Positions 40,585-50,813 of a DNA stretch of 64,000 nt are shown one piece after another. Position 1 is the first letter of the stretch. Every line of letters begins with the position of its first letter. A program made the translations under genes and the position numbers. The notes beneath the pieces were generated by a model. It was not told the origin of the DNA. It saw nothing but the letters and a program-made list of their open reading frames with translations, and searched no databases. Source of the DNA: Campylobacterota bacterium (GTDB lineage Bacteria; Campylobacterota; Campylobacteria; Campylobacterales; Arcobacteraceae); the NCBI GenBank assembly GCA_034718015.1, contig JAYEMI010000058.1, forward strand, positions 10 to 64,009. Direction: 5' to 3'.

Positions 40585-42264
40585 ATGAGTGATATAAAGT
40601 CAAGTAAATTAGAAACTTTAATATATAATATTTTAATAAGTAAAAGTAAAAGATTTATGGTTCTTATGATCACATTTATCCTTTTTGCAGGTTCAGTTTA
40701 TATGATACCTTTAGAGCTTGTAAAAGCTAAAATGCTACCAGGAAAGGATAGTGATACATTCTCTATTTATGTTGATTTACCTGAAGGTTCATCCGTAAAA
40801 GATACAAAAGAGGTCACCTCTTGTATAGCTTCAAATTTAAGAGAAGAAAATGATATAACTTCAATATCTGTATTTTTAGGTGAGGGGTTGCCACTTGATT
40901 TTGCTGGTATGGTAAAAGGGAGTGCTTTAAAAGATGGTGAACATTTAGCAGAGATAATGGTAAATATAAAAAGAGCATCCAAAAGAGTTGAGAGAAGTTA
41001 TAATCTTGTACATAGAATAAGGGATGGGATACAAAAAAATTGTAGTAAAAACAATGCAAATATAAAGTTTATTGAGCTTCCAGCTGGACCACCTGTATTA
41101 GCTGATGTTGTTGCTGAGGTTTATGGTGGAGATAGTTTTCAAAGTAGAGTTACAATATCTCAAAAAATAGCTTATATATTTAAAAAACAAGATACTTTAG
41201 TAGATATAGATGTTTTAGCTGATGAACCTTACATAAGATATGCTCTTAGTTTAAATAATAACAAAGTTTTAAAAAGTGAAGTTAGTTTAGAACAAGTAAA
41301 AAAAATATTGTTTTTAGCTTTTGAGGGTATGAATATAGGTGTAGTTAATGAAGAAGATACACAAAGTCAAATACCTATATTTTTAAGATTAGATGATTCA
41401 AGATTATTTGATAAGTTTAATAAAGATGCTGTTATGGGAAAACTATCAAATCTAAAACTGATGAATAAAAAAGGTTATATGGTACCACTTAGTGAGTTTG
41501 TAACCATACAAGAACAATTACAAGAACCAACTTTAACATCAAAAAACTTAAAAAATATGGTAAATGTAATAGCATCAACAGATAAGGAGAGCCAAATATA
41601 TCCACTTCTTGATGCAAGAACTATGATACTAAATGATTTTGGTGATAATTATGAAGTTGTCAAAACAGATATGCTAAATCTTCAAATAAAAGATAAAACA
41701 ACAAATGAAGTTTTTGATATTGTATTTGATGGTGAGTTAAAAGTAACTATTGATACATTTATAGAGCTTGGTGGTGCTTTTATTGCTGCACTAGTTTTGA
41801 TATTTTTACTGATGGTTGTTTATTACAAAAACTTTGCAATTGCAGGGGCTATTGTATTAGCTAGTTTTGTATCTATTGTTGGGGTTATATTGGGACATTT
41901 TGTTATGGATTTATTCACTGCTGATAAATTTTATCTTACTGCTACTTCACTAATTGGATTTATAGGTCTAATAGGTATAAACTCAAGAAATTCATTGCTG
42001 ATTATTGATTTTGCAAAACAACTAATGAGAGAAAAAGAGCTTGAGGTAACAAAAGCAATAGCAATAGCAACAGCAACAAGAGCAAAACCTATTTTACTTA
42101 CAGTATTAGCAATTGTATTTGCTAGTAGTTTATTGGCTACTGATGCAGTATTTGGAGGACTTGGTGTTGCTTTAATAGGGGGAACACTTATAGCTTATTT
42201 AGTATCATTGTTTTTTGTACCTGTTACGATTTTAGGAAGTTTGAAAAAACTAGAAGAAAAATAG
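40585..42264 (+). CDS. RND (AcrB-like) permease, C-terminal half
   Basis: Own SD (AAGGAG), LPEGSS, IGFIGLIGINSRNSLLIIDF, RAKPILLT, LFFVP. Confidence 0.88.
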   Translation: MSDIKSSKLETLIYNILISKSKRFMVLMITFILFAGSVYMIPLELVKAKMLPGKDSDTFSIYVDLPEGSSVKDTKEVTSCIASNLREENDITSISVFLGEGLPLDFAGMVKGSALKDGEHLAEIMVNIKRASKRVERSYNLVHRIRDGIQKNCSKNNANIKFIELPAGPPVLADVVAEVYGGDSFQSRVTISQKIAYIFKKQDTLVDIDVLADEPYIRYALSLNNNKVLKSEVSLEQVKKILFLAFEGMNIGVVNEEDTQSQIPIFLRLDDSRLFDKFNKDAVMGKLSNLKLMNKKGYMVPLSEFVTIQEQLQEPTLTSKNLKNMVNVIASTDKESQIYPLLDARTMILNDFGDNYEVVKTDMLNLQIKDKTTNEVFDIVFDGELKVTIDTFIELGGAFIAALVLIFLLMVVYYKNFAIAGAIVLASFVSIVGVILGHFVMDLFTADKFYLTATSLIGFIGLIGINSRNSLLIIDFAKQLMREKELEVTKAIAIATATRAKPILLTVLAIVFASSLLATDAVFGGLGVALIGGTLIAYLVSLFFVPVTILGSLKKLEEK

Positions 42265-42350
42265 TACCTTATTTAAAACCAAATATTAGATTAACATATA
42301 TATAACCAAACTTTTGTTATATTTTCGCCATAAATAAATAAGGTAAAAAG

Positions 42351-43343
42351 ATGAATCTAAAAGAAGAGATTTTAAGACTTAAAAAAGAGTTAGATGTTAC
42401 AATTGTAGCTCACTTTTATCAAAAAGATGAAGTGTTTGAGATGGGAGATATTGTAGGTGATAGCCTAGAATTAGCAAAAAAAGCTATGGCGTGTGAGTCA
42501 AAAAATATAATATTTTGTGGCGTTGGTTTTATGGGTGAGAGTGTAAAGGTTTTAGCTCCACAAAAAAGAGTTTTAATGCCAAAAATTGCTTGTTGTGCTA
42601 TGGCAAAAATGATTGATGTTGAGTATTATGATGCGAATTTAAAGATTTTAAATGAAGCTGGAATATCTTCTGATGACATTTTACCAATAACATATATAAA
42701 CTCAAGTGCAGCAGTAAAAGCAGCTGTTGGAAAAATGGGTGGTTATGTATGTACAAGTTCTAACGCTTTTAAAATAATTGAAAAAGGTCTAGAAAGTGGT
42801 AAAAAAATCTTTTTCGTACCTGATAGATGTTTAGGACAAAATTTTGCAAATCAAATAGGTCTTAAATCAGCTGTAGTTGGTGTAAATTCAATTGAAGAGG
42901 TAAAAGAAGCTGATATTATATGTTTTAATGGATTTTGTTCTGTACACCAACTGTTTACACCTGAAGATGTAGATTTTTATAAAGAAAAATATCCTGATAT
43001 TATTGTGGCAGTTCATCCTGAATGTGATGTATCAGTTGTAAATAAAGCTGACTTTGTAGGTAGTACTTCTCAACTAATAAAATATATAACCAAAGATTTA
43101 TCGCCTTCTCAAAAAGTAGTTGTAGGTACTGAGTTTAATATGGTAAATCGCTTAAGAGAAAAAAATACTTATGTATTAAGTTCAACAAAACCAGAGTGTC
43201 CAACAATGAATGAGACTACACTTGAAGATCTATATAACACGCTTAAATCTATAGAAGATGGAATATTTGCAAATGAGATAACAGTAGATAAAGAAGTTGA
43301 AATGTATGCAAAAATGGCATTAAGTAGAATGTTTGAGGTGTAA
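42351..43343 (+). CDS. nadA: Quinolinate synthase
   Basis: AHFYQ, GDSLEL, CGVGFM, YINS, CTSSNA, CSVH, HPEC, CPTM. Confidence 0.96.
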   Translation: MNLKEEILRLKKELDVTIVAHFYQKDEVFEMGDIVGDSLELAKKAMACESKNIIFCGVGFMGESVKVLAPQKRVLMPKIACCAMAKMIDVEYYDANLKILNEAGISSDDILPITYINSSAAVKAAVGKMGGYVCTSSNAFKIIEKGLESGKKIFFVPDRCLGQNFANQIGLKSAVVGVNSIEEVKEADIICFNGFCSVHQLFTPEDVDFYKEKYPDIIVAVHPECDVSVVNKADFVGSTSQLIKYITKDLSPSQKVVVGTEFNMVNRLREKNTYVLSSTKPECPTMNETTLEDLYNTLKSIEDGIFANEITVDKEVEMYAKMALSRMFEV

Positions 43344-43345
43344 CA

Positions 43346-44170
43346 ATGGCGATAAATATTAGAAAATTTGTAAAAAATGCAATAGTTGAAGATAATGGTA
43401 GAGGGGATCTATTTTTTGATATTGCTCCAAAAGGTAGATTTACTGCGCGTGTAGTTGCTAAAGATGATGGTGTGATTGCTGGGGTTAAATATGCGAAAGT
43501 TTTAGCTCGTGCTGAAAAGTTTGATTGTAAGTTTCTACTTCATGATGGTGATGATGTAAAAAAAGGTGATGTAATTGCAGAACTAGAGGGAAAAGCATCA
43601 ATTTTATTAAGTAGTGAGAGAACATTCTTAAATCTTCTACAACACGCTTCTGGAATAGCAACAAACGCTTCAAGATATGCGAAACTTCTAAAAGGTAGTG
43701 AGGTTGTTTTATTAGATACTAGAAAAACTAGACCAGGATTAAGAGATTTTGAAAAATATGCAAGTAGAGTAGGTGGGGCTATAAACCATAGACTTGGACT
43801 TGATGATTGTTTAATGTTAAAAGATACACACCTAAAAACAATACCTAATCTTAAACAATTTGTAAAAAAAGCAAGAAAAAGAATCTCATGGGTTACAAAA
43901 ATAGAGATAGAGTGTGAAACATTTGATCAAGTAAAAGAGGCTATGGATGCTGGGGCTGATATTATTATGTGTGATAATATGACACCAGAACAAATTAAAG
44001 AGGTATCAAAATATAGAGATGAAACTTATCCTCATATACTACTTGAAGCTAGTGGGAATATAACAACTTCAACAATCCAAGGGTATTTAAACAGTGGAAT
44101 AAATGCAGTTAGTAGTGGTAGTATTATACATCAAGCAACATGGCTTGATTTCTCAATGAAGTTTGATTAA
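43346..44170 (+). CDS. nadC: Quinolinate phosphoribosyltransferase
   Basis: DTRKTRPGLR, HRLGLDD, KDTH, EASGNI. Confidence 0.96.
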   Translation: MAINIRKFVKNAIVEDNGRGDLFFDIAPKGRFTARVVAKDDGVIAGVKYAKVLARAEKFDCKFLLHDGDDVKKGDVIAELEGKASILLSSERTFLNLLQHASGIATNASRYAKLLKGSEVVLLDTRKTRPGLRDFEKYASRVGGAINHRLGLDDCLMLKDTHLKTIPNLKQFVKKARKRISWVTKIEIECETFDQVKEAMDAGADIIMCDNMTPEQIKEVSKYRDETYPHILLEASGNITTSTIQGYLNSGINAVSSGSIIHQATWLDFSMKFD

Positions 44171-44252
44171 TAATTTATTTGTTAATTTTATGATAGAATA
44201 GAAGCTATTGTTTGTAAGTCAAACCAAATAGTGAATATAATAAGGTTATAAT

Positions 44253-44633
44253 ATGGATATTGGAATTTTAAAAAAGTTAAAAGTACTGTATGTGGAGGAT
44301 GAGATAGAGCTTCGAGATACTACATATAACTCTTTTGGTGTTTTTGTTAAAGATGTTGTTTTAGCTTCAAATGGTCAAGATGGGCTAGAGAAGTTTCAAA
44401 ATGATACTTTTGATTTAGTGATTACTGACTTATCTATGCCTGTTATGACAGGAACTCAAATGATAAAAGAGATTAGAAAAGAGAATACTGAAGTTCCAAT
44501 TATTGTAACAACAGCATTTGGAAGTCAAAATGAAGAGGTTGAAGAGCTTACAAAAATAGGTATGACAACATATCTAATGAAACCTGTAGATATAAGAGAG
44601 CTTATAAATACTATTTATGAAACTGTAAAATAA
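44253..44633 (+). CDS. Single-domain response regulator
   Basis: VLYVED, DLVITDLSMP, TTA, KP. Confidence 0.9.
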   Translation: MDIGILKKLKVLYVEDEIELRDTTYNSFGVFVKDVVLASNGQDGLEKFQNDTFDLVITDLSMPVMTGTQMIKEIRKENTEVPIIVTTAFGSQNEEVEELTKIGMTTYLMKPVDIRELINTIYETVK

Positions 44634-44649
44634 GTTTCATAATTTTTTT
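44615..44649 (+). terminator. Hairpin plus T-run overlapping the response regulator stop codon
   Basis: TTATGAAACT-n8-AGTTTCATAA followed by TTTTTTT. Confidence 0.6.
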
Positions 44650-44660
44650 AATACTTAGTG

Positions 44661-45116
44661 TTAGAATATTAAAAAATATATCAAGCTAGTTGATAAACCA
44701 GCAAAAAAACCAGCTACTATATCATCTCCCATAACACCCCATCCACCTTTAACATCTCTGTCAATTTTACCAATAATTGATGGTTTCCATATATCAAATA
44801 GTCTAAAAAATAAAAAAGCGATACAAGCCATAATCCAGTTTTCAGATGTCACACCAGCTACACTCATAGCTATCCACATACCAGCTAGTTCATCTATAAC
44901 TATCTCTTTACCATCGTGGGCACCAACTTCTTCTTCGTATATATTTATTTGTTTTACTGCTATTACAGATATCAAAATAGATAGTAAAAGAAGAGTTGAA
45001 GATGGAACTATATATAAAAGTCCCATCCCTAAAATCAAGGCTACAAAACTACCAACAGTTCCAGGTGCTTTTGGGCTAAGTCCACTATATCCAAGTGTTA
45101 AAAAAAGTTTTCTCAT
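44661..45116 (-). CDS. pgpA: Phosphatidylglycerophosphatase A
   Basis: PKAPGTVGS, IVIDELAG, FRLFDIWKP, GVMGDD. Confidence 0.95.
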   Translation of the reverse strand: MRKLFLTLGYSGLSPKAPGTVGSFVALILGMGLLYIVPSSTLLLLSILISVIAVKQINIYEEEVGAHDGKEIVIDELAGMWIAMSVAGVTSENWIMACIAFLFFRLFDIWKPSIIGKIDRDVKGGWGVMGDDIVAGFFAGLSTSLIYFLIF

Positions 45117-45118
45117 GG

Positions 45119-46006
45119 TTAGTTATTGTCCTTGTTTTTTTCAATACCAAATTTTTTTCTTTTTTCCCAAAGTGACTTTCTACTAATACCTAGTCTTTTG
45201 CTTAGTTCTGTATCTGGATACTTATCTTGAAAAGTGGTTACCATCATTTTTACATAATCGTTTATTGTTAAAATAGAATCAACAGTTGATAACTTATTGT
45301 TGCTTCTTATTGATACTGATGGGTATTGCGTTTCACCTATATCTTCTAAAGAACAAACTATAACATCAAAATCTGTTATTGTATTTAAAATAATCTCTTT
45401 ATTGTTTTTCTTAACAAAATGAAAATCATAAATATACAAAAGTTGATTTTTGAAATCACTTGGTTCTATTTTTGTATGGTTCTCAAATGAGATAAACTTA
45501 ATAGTTTTATCTAATCTCTTAGCAACATCAAATACAATTTTATCTGCTACTTTTTGATCATTGGTTTCTATAACAAATGGTAAACTATCAGGTATTGTTA
45601 CATCATAAGTGATATTATTAAAAGCAAAGTCGATATAGTTGTGTAAGTTGTTGTTTTGAGCTTTTAAGGCTTTAAACTCTTTATAGTGAGATACTTTTCT
45701 AACTAATTCATTCATAATAAAAGGTTTTAGAATATAATCAGCAGCACCATCTTTTAGTGGTTTTGTTACGGTCACATCATTTATATACGAAACAAGTAGT
45801 ATAATAACACTCTTTTTGTAATTTGATATTATTTTGTGTACATCTTCACTACTTAAATTTGTCGATAACAAAACAGTTTCGTATTTGTTTTCAAAATTTA
45901 TCTCTTTTATATTTGATACATGAGTACATGTATAACCCTCTTCTTGAAGTCTAATCGCTACTTTTTGAGCTAAGTATACTTCATCATCTATTATTAAAAT
46001 ATTCAT
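45119..46006 (-). CDS. Atypical orphan response regulator (HP1021/Cj1608-like)
   Basis: Receiver with Ser at the phosphoacceptor position (VLLST), C-terminal Fis-type HTH DTELSKRLGISRKSLWEKRKK; ispDF-RR-pgpA order. Confidence 0.8.
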   Translation of the reverse strand: MNILIIDDEVYLAQKVAIRLQEEGYTCTHVSNIKEINFENKYETVLLSTNLSSEDVHKIISNYKKSVIILLVSYINDVTVTKPLKDGAADYILKPFIMNELVRKVSHYKEFKALKAQNNNLHNYIDFAFNNITYDVTIPDSLPFVIETNDQKVADKIVFDVAKRLDKTIKFISFENHTKIEPSDFKNQLLYIYDFHFVKKNNKEIILNTITDFDVIVCSLEDIGETQYPSVSIRSNNKLSTVDSILTINDYVKMMVTTFQDKYPDTELSKRLGISRKSLWEKRKKFGIEKNKDNN

Positions 46007-47130
46007 CTATTTTTTGTCCAATCGTAGTATTTTAGTGTTGCTATACTTTGTACTGCTACACCCTCACATCTTCCTATAAATCCCATTTTTTCAGAAGTAG
46101 TTGCTTTTATATTTATTTTTTGTTTTGGTATATTTAAAAGTTCTGCCATTTTTGTTTTAATCATTTTTTTATGAGGATTTATCTTTGGTTGTTCTGCTAG
46201 TATTGTTAAATCAATATTAGAGATCTCATAACCAACATTATTTATAAAATCAACTATTTTAGTTAATAAAACTTTTGAGTCTGCCCCTTTGTATTTTGGG
46301 TTTGTATCTGGAAAAAATTCACCAATGTCACCAGCACCACAAGCTCCTAAAAGTGCATCTATTACACTATGAATCAGTACATCACCATCACTATGAGCTT
46401 TAAATCCATAAGGGCTATCTAGAGTTATTCCACCTAAAACCATAGGTTTATTATCTTCAAATTGATGTATGTCAATACCTTGTCCTACAAAGTGGTCTTT
46501 AGAGGGTGCTTTTAAACAATCAACCAAAGATACCTCGTCACCAAAGGTGAGTTTTTTTGACTTGATACTTCCTTCTGTATAATAAACAGTTCCACCAAAA
46601 CTTTTTATAGCTCCACTATCATCTGTAAACTCTTGATCTGTATCTAATGCATTTTTTAAAATAGAACTATTTGATAGTTGAGGTGTTTGGATCAGTTGTA
46701 CTTCATCTCTATTGATTGTTTCATTTTTATAAATCACTGTATCACTAACTTTTAATGTTGGAACTATGCAGTTTGCTTTCTCTTTATTTTTTATAAGATT
46801 TAAAATAATCTCTTTAGGTACACAACATCTAGCTATATCTGTTACCATTACATATTTTGATGTTACTTTAGCTAAAGCATTTTTCATAGACTCTTGTCTT
46901 GTGCTACCACCTGTAACAAAAACATAATCATCTGAAAAATTAGATATATAATTAAGTTCGTCAATATGGGTTACAATTATAATTTTATCAAATAATACGT
47001 ATGATGATAACTGTTTCGTTACATATAACCACAAAGGATCATCATCAATTCTAAGCCATTGTTTTTTAGCCTTTAATTCAAATCTAGATGAATTACCTGC
47101 TGCTAATAATACAAGTGTTGTTTCTGTCAC
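46003..47130 (-). CDS. ispDF: Bifunctional IspD/IspF
   Basis: LLAAGNSSRF..KKQW, QTPQ, FTDD, GIDIH, HSDGDV..H..DALLGA, KATTSEKMGF; GTG start. Confidence 0.96.
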   Translation of the reverse strand: MTETTLVLLAAGNSSRFELKAKKQWLRIDDDPLWLYVTKQLSSYVLFDKIIIVTHIDELNYISNFSDDYVFVTGGSTRQESMKNALAKVTSKYVMVTDIARCCVPKEIILNLIKNKEKANCIVPTLKVSDTVIYKNETINRDEVQLIQTPQLSNSSILKNALDTDQEFTDDSGAIKSFGGTVYYTEGSIKSKKLTFGDEVSLVDCLKAPSKDHFVGQGIDIHQFEDNKPMVLGGITLDSPYGFKAHSDGDVLIHSVIDALLGACGAGDIGEFFPDTNPKYKGADSKVLLTKIVDFINNVGYEISNIDLTILAEQPKINPHKKMIKTKMAELLNIPKQKINIKATTSEKMGFIGRCEGVAVQSIATLKYYDWTKNR

Positions 47131-47248
47131 ATTAACCCCATGTTCTCTTAAAGTGTGTAAAAAAGTTACGCATTTTACTAAAAAATCACTTAATATGTAA
47201 TTAGTGAATATTAAGATATTATTCTTACTATAAAAAGTAGGAGAATTA

Positions 47249-48130
47249 ATGCCATTTATTCTAAAAAAATTTCCAACAATAAAAGGGAAAAAAATACAAC
47301 AATTCTTAATTGATGATGCAAAGCTAAGTATCTCTTTTTCTCAAAGGATGTTAGCAAAAGGTAGAGTATTTGATGAAAATAATAATAGACTACAAAATGG
47401 TCAAATTTTAAAAGGTGAATATATTCAAATAGCACTTTTTGAAGGGCAGACAAGAGGTTTAAAACCATTATTTAATACTAAGGATTTTGCTTTATTTGAC
47501 AAGCCAAGTGGCGTTATGGTTCATCCTACTTCAAAAAATACGCAGTATACACTACTAGATGAGATAAGATATCATTTTGGAGATGGTGCAAATTTAGCTC
47601 ATAGAATTGATCAAGAGACATCAGGGTTAGTACTCGTAACAAAAAACAGATATAGCGATATGGTTTTAAAAGATATGTTTGAGAATAAACTATATCAAAA
47701 AGAGTATTTAGCAATAGTAGATGGCAAAATATCAAATAAAATAAGTATAGATACATCAATTGCAAAAGATACAAACAGTACAATAGGTGTAAAGATGAAA
47801 ACTACACATGATGGTAAAGAATCACTTACAACCATAATACCTATTAGTTATGATGTGATAAAAAACCAAACCTTAGTAAAAGCAATACCACTTACAGGTA
47901 GACAACACCAAATAAGAGTTCATCTAAACTCAATAGGGCATAGAATAGTTGGCGATCCTATTTATGGAATAGATGAGTTTTATGCAGATAAGTATTTAAC
48001 TAAACAACTAGTAGGAGAGGAAAGAGTTTTAATAACAGGAAATAATAGACTTCTTTTACATGCTAACAGTTTAGAGTTTTCATATGAAAATAACAACTAT
48101 AAACTTTACTCCAAACTAAGTATAATATAG
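47249..48130 (+). CDS. RluA family pseudouridine synthase
   Basis: DKPSGVMVHP, HRIDQETSG, TGRQHQIRVH, GDPIYG, LHA. Confidence 0.93.
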   Translation: MPFILKKFPTIKGKKIQQFLIDDAKLSISFSQRMLAKGRVFDENNNRLQNGQILKGEYIQIALFEGQTRGLKPLFNTKDFALFDKPSGVMVHPTSKNTQYTLLDEIRYHFGDGANLAHRIDQETSGLVLVTKNRYSDMVLKDMFENKLYQKEYLAIVDGKISNKISIDTSIAKDTNSTIGVKMKTTHDGKESLTTIIPISYDVIKNQTLVKAIPLTGRQHQIRVHLNSIGHRIVGDPIYGIDEFYADKYLTKQLVGEERVLITGNNRLLLHANSLEFSYENNNYKLYSKLSII

Positions 48131-48143
48131 GTAGAATCAAAGC

Positions 48144-49112
48144 ATGAAAGAGACAATGATAGAGTTAATCAAAAGTGCATGTAAGAATGAAGAAAAGTTA
48201 GAATCGCTTACAAATATATATAGACTTTATGATCAATTACAATATAGTGAAAACCTAAATGAGATGGCAGACACATTATTTGAGTGGCTAAAAAGTAAAT
48301 ACAATGTAACAAATATGAGTTTTTCTCTTTTTGATATGAACGATAATACAACTACTGTTATCCTAAAAAAAGGTAGTGAATTCTTTTTAGATGGTGAGCT
48401 TACTTTTTATTTTATTGTAAATACTCATACTGATATAAATGGGGTCTTCTCTTTTGCAGCAGTATCAAAAGAGCACTATGAATCTATAAATAAAGATAAT
48501 GAATTATTAGAAGCAACTTTTTTCCAAATAACACCAATAATACAAAATGGAATTATGAAAAAACACCATATAGAAGCTTCTTCAATAGATAGTGTAACAA
48601 ATGTGCATAACAGAAAATATATGATAAATCATATCCATAATCTAGTAAAACTTTCAAAATATAAAAGTGAGAGTATAACTTTTCTTATGGTTGGAGTGGA
48701 CCATTTCAAAGCTGTGATTGATGAGTTTGATTATGATATAGGGGATTTGGTTTTAATAGAATTGGCAAAAGTTATCCATTCAAATATAAAAGAGTTTGAT
48801 GTTGTTGCAAGGTTAACAGGTGATGAATTTTTAGTTGCACTAGTAAATCAAACAAACACTACAAAAGCTCAAGATGTAGCACAAAAAATAATAGATGAGT
48901 TTGCTAATACAAGAGTAATAGTAAATGATGATACAGGGCAGATACTACAAAAGACTATTTGTGTTGGGATAGCATCATATCCACAAGATGATAGTGATAT
49001 TGATACAGTATTGAAATATGCAGATAACTTTTTGTATGAGGCAAAAAATAAAGGTAGAAGTTCTTATGCAGTTTATACTGATGAAGATGAAGGTTTTATT
49101 GATTTATTTTAA
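48144..49112 (+). CDS. GGDEF-domain protein (degenerate active site)
   Basis: DHFK..DEF, GD.VL, ARLTGDEF, AD..LY.AK..GR. Confidence 0.85.
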   Translation: MKETMIELIKSACKNEEKLESLTNIYRLYDQLQYSENLNEMADTLFEWLKSKYNVTNMSFSLFDMNDNTTTVILKKGSEFFLDGELTFYFIVNTHTDINGVFSFAAVSKEHYESINKDNELLEATFFQITPIIQNGIMKKHHIEASSIDSVTNVHNRKYMINHIHNLVKLSKYKSESITFLMVGVDHFKAVIDEFDYDIGDLVLIELAKVIHSNIKEFDVVARLTGDEFLVALVNQTNTTKAQDVAQKIIDEFANTRVIVNDDTGQILQKTICVGIASYPQDDSDIDTVLKYADNFLYEAKNKGRSSYAVYTDEDEGFIDLF

Positions 49113-49123
49113 GCTAAGCTAAT

Positions 49124-49140
49124 TTAAAGTATAATTCGCG
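49124..49140 (+). promoter_or_regulatory. Probable sigma70 -10 box for rpmE
   Basis: TTAAAG-TATAAT-TCGCG. Confidence 0.6.
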
Positions 49141-49213
49141 ACTTTAAACTTAAAGGGCGACAATAGAAGCGTACCTTTATAGAATAACAAATAAAAAAAA
49201 CGAAGGAATAAAC

Positions 49214-49414
49214 ATGAAAAAAGAGATTCACCCAGATTTTAAAAACTGTGCAGTTACTTGTGCATGTGGAAATGCATTTGAAACAAGATCAAATGTAGAA
49301 ACAATGAGAATTGATATCTGTTCAGCTTGTCACCCATTTTTTACAGGTGAGCAAAAGATAGTTGATGCTGCTGGTAGAGTTGAGAAATTCAAAGCTAGAT
49401 ACGCAATGAAATAA
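49214..49414 (+). CDS. rpmE: 50S ribosomal protein L31 (Zn-binding type)
   Basis: [28 protein letters not shown]. Confidence 0.98.
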   Translation: MKKEIHPDFKNCAVTCACGNAFETRSNVETMRIDICSACHPFFTGEQKIVDAAGRVEKFKARYAMK

Positions 49415-50229
49415 TGCTAACATTTCTTCCAACTCCTATAGGGAATTTAGGAGATATATCTTTTAGAACTATTGAAGTTTTAAAAGGGGGAGAGATAATC
49501 TTGTGTGAAGACACAAGGGTAACAAAAAAACTACTTAATCTTATATCTCAAAGATTGGAGATAACTTTTCCACCTTATGAGTTTATAAGTCTACATTCAC
49601 ACAATGAAAAAGCTTTTTTAACACCACAAAACAAACATTTATTAGTTTCAAAAAACTGTATCTATCTATCTGATGCTGGTATGCCATGTGTTAGTGACCC
49701 TGGTAGTTTTTTAGTTGATTTTTGCCTAAAAGAAGAGATACCTTATGATGTAGTTCCTGGAGCAAATGCTATTTTAACTGCTTATGCTAGTAGTGGTTTT
49801 ACAAATACTACATTTACCTTTTTCGGATTTTTACCACATAAAGGCAATGATAGGCAAGATAAACTGGACAAAGTACTTAATAGTGACCATTTAGCTATAC
49901 TGTATGAGTCACCACATAGATTGTTAAAACTTTTAAATGAGATAAATAATATAGACTCTACAAGAGAGCTTTTTATAGCAAAAGAGCTTACGAAAAAATA
50001 TCAAACAAGATATAAAGGTAGTGTTGAAAATATTCTAAATGATCTAAAAGATATTGAGATAAAAGGTGAGTGGGTTGTTATTATCAAAAATAAAGAGTTA
50101 GAGAATAAAGGGTTAATTACTTTTGAAGATCTACAAGAGTTACAACTTCCTCCAAAACAAAAAGCAAAACTAATCTCAAAATTAACAGGACAAAATATTA
50201 AAGATATATACAACACTTTAATAGGATAA
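49414..50229 (+). CDS. rsmI: 16S rRNA C1402 2'-O-methyltransferase
   Basis: TPIGNLGDIS, CEDTR, SDAGMPCVSDPG, YESPHR, KELTK. Confidence 0.95.
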   Translation: MLTFLPTPIGNLGDISFRTIEVLKGGEIILCEDTRVTKKLLNLISQRLEITFPPYEFISLHSHNEKAFLTPQNKHLLVSKNCIYLSDAGMPCVSDPGSFLVDFCLKEEIPYDVVPGANAILTAYASSGFTNTTFTFFGFLPHKGNDRQDKLDKVLNSDHLAILYESPHRLLKLLNEINNIDSTRELFIAKELTKKYQTRYKGSVENILNDLKDIEIKGEWVVIIKNKELENKGLITFEDLQELQLPPKQKAKLISKLTGQNIKDIYNTLIG

Positions 50230-50813
50230 TGGTTTTGTATTATATAAATAAAGAGTACCAAAACACATTAGAGATTAAAAAATCAAAATTTATTACCCAT
50301 ATTTGCCAATATAAAGATTTTAAAACCACCATGAATAGATTAAAAGATGAGTATCCAAAAGCAAGACACTTTGTATATGCATATAGATATCTAAATGAGT
50401 TTGATCAAATAGTTGAAAATAGTAGTGATGATGGTGAGCCAAAAGGCACTAGTGGACGACCCTCTTTAAATGTATTAAGTGGTGGAGATATTATCAATAG
50501 TGCAGTTATTATTGTAAGATATTTTGGAGGTATAAGATTAGGCACAGGTGGTCTTGTAAAAGCTTATAGTGATGCAGTAAATTTAGTTTTAAATAACTCA
50601 AATTTAATAGAGTATAAAAAACTAATTAGAAAAAGTTTAATAGTAAGCTATTCAAATCTTTCATTAGTAGAATATACTATTAGTTTATTTAGTGTAAATA
50701 TTATAGAAAAACTCTTTGAAAATGATGTAAAACTTATATTAGAAGCTTCCAAAGAGGAGTTTGTTTTACTTCAAGAAAAACTAATAAGAGAGTGTGAGTT
50801 AATAGATGAATAA
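50229..50813 (+). CDS. YigZ/IMPACT family protein
   Basis: KKSKFI, DDGEPKGTSG, VRYFGGIRLGTGGL. Confidence 0.92.
   Translation: MVLYYINKEYQNTLEIKKSKFITHICQYKDFKTTMNRLKDEYPKARHFVYAYRYLNEFDQIVENSSDDGEPKGTSGRPSLNVLSGGDIINSAVIIVRYFGGIRLGTGGLVKAYSDAVNLVLNNSNLIEYKKLIRKSLIVSYSNLSLVEYTISLFSVNIIEKLFENDVKLILEASKEEFVLLQEKLIRECELIDE

Noticed and set aside
40560-40600. RND split read as a frameshift pseudogene
   Set aside because: The break is at the domain boundary, with a good SD and start for the second half and both halves intact; kept as a finding instead
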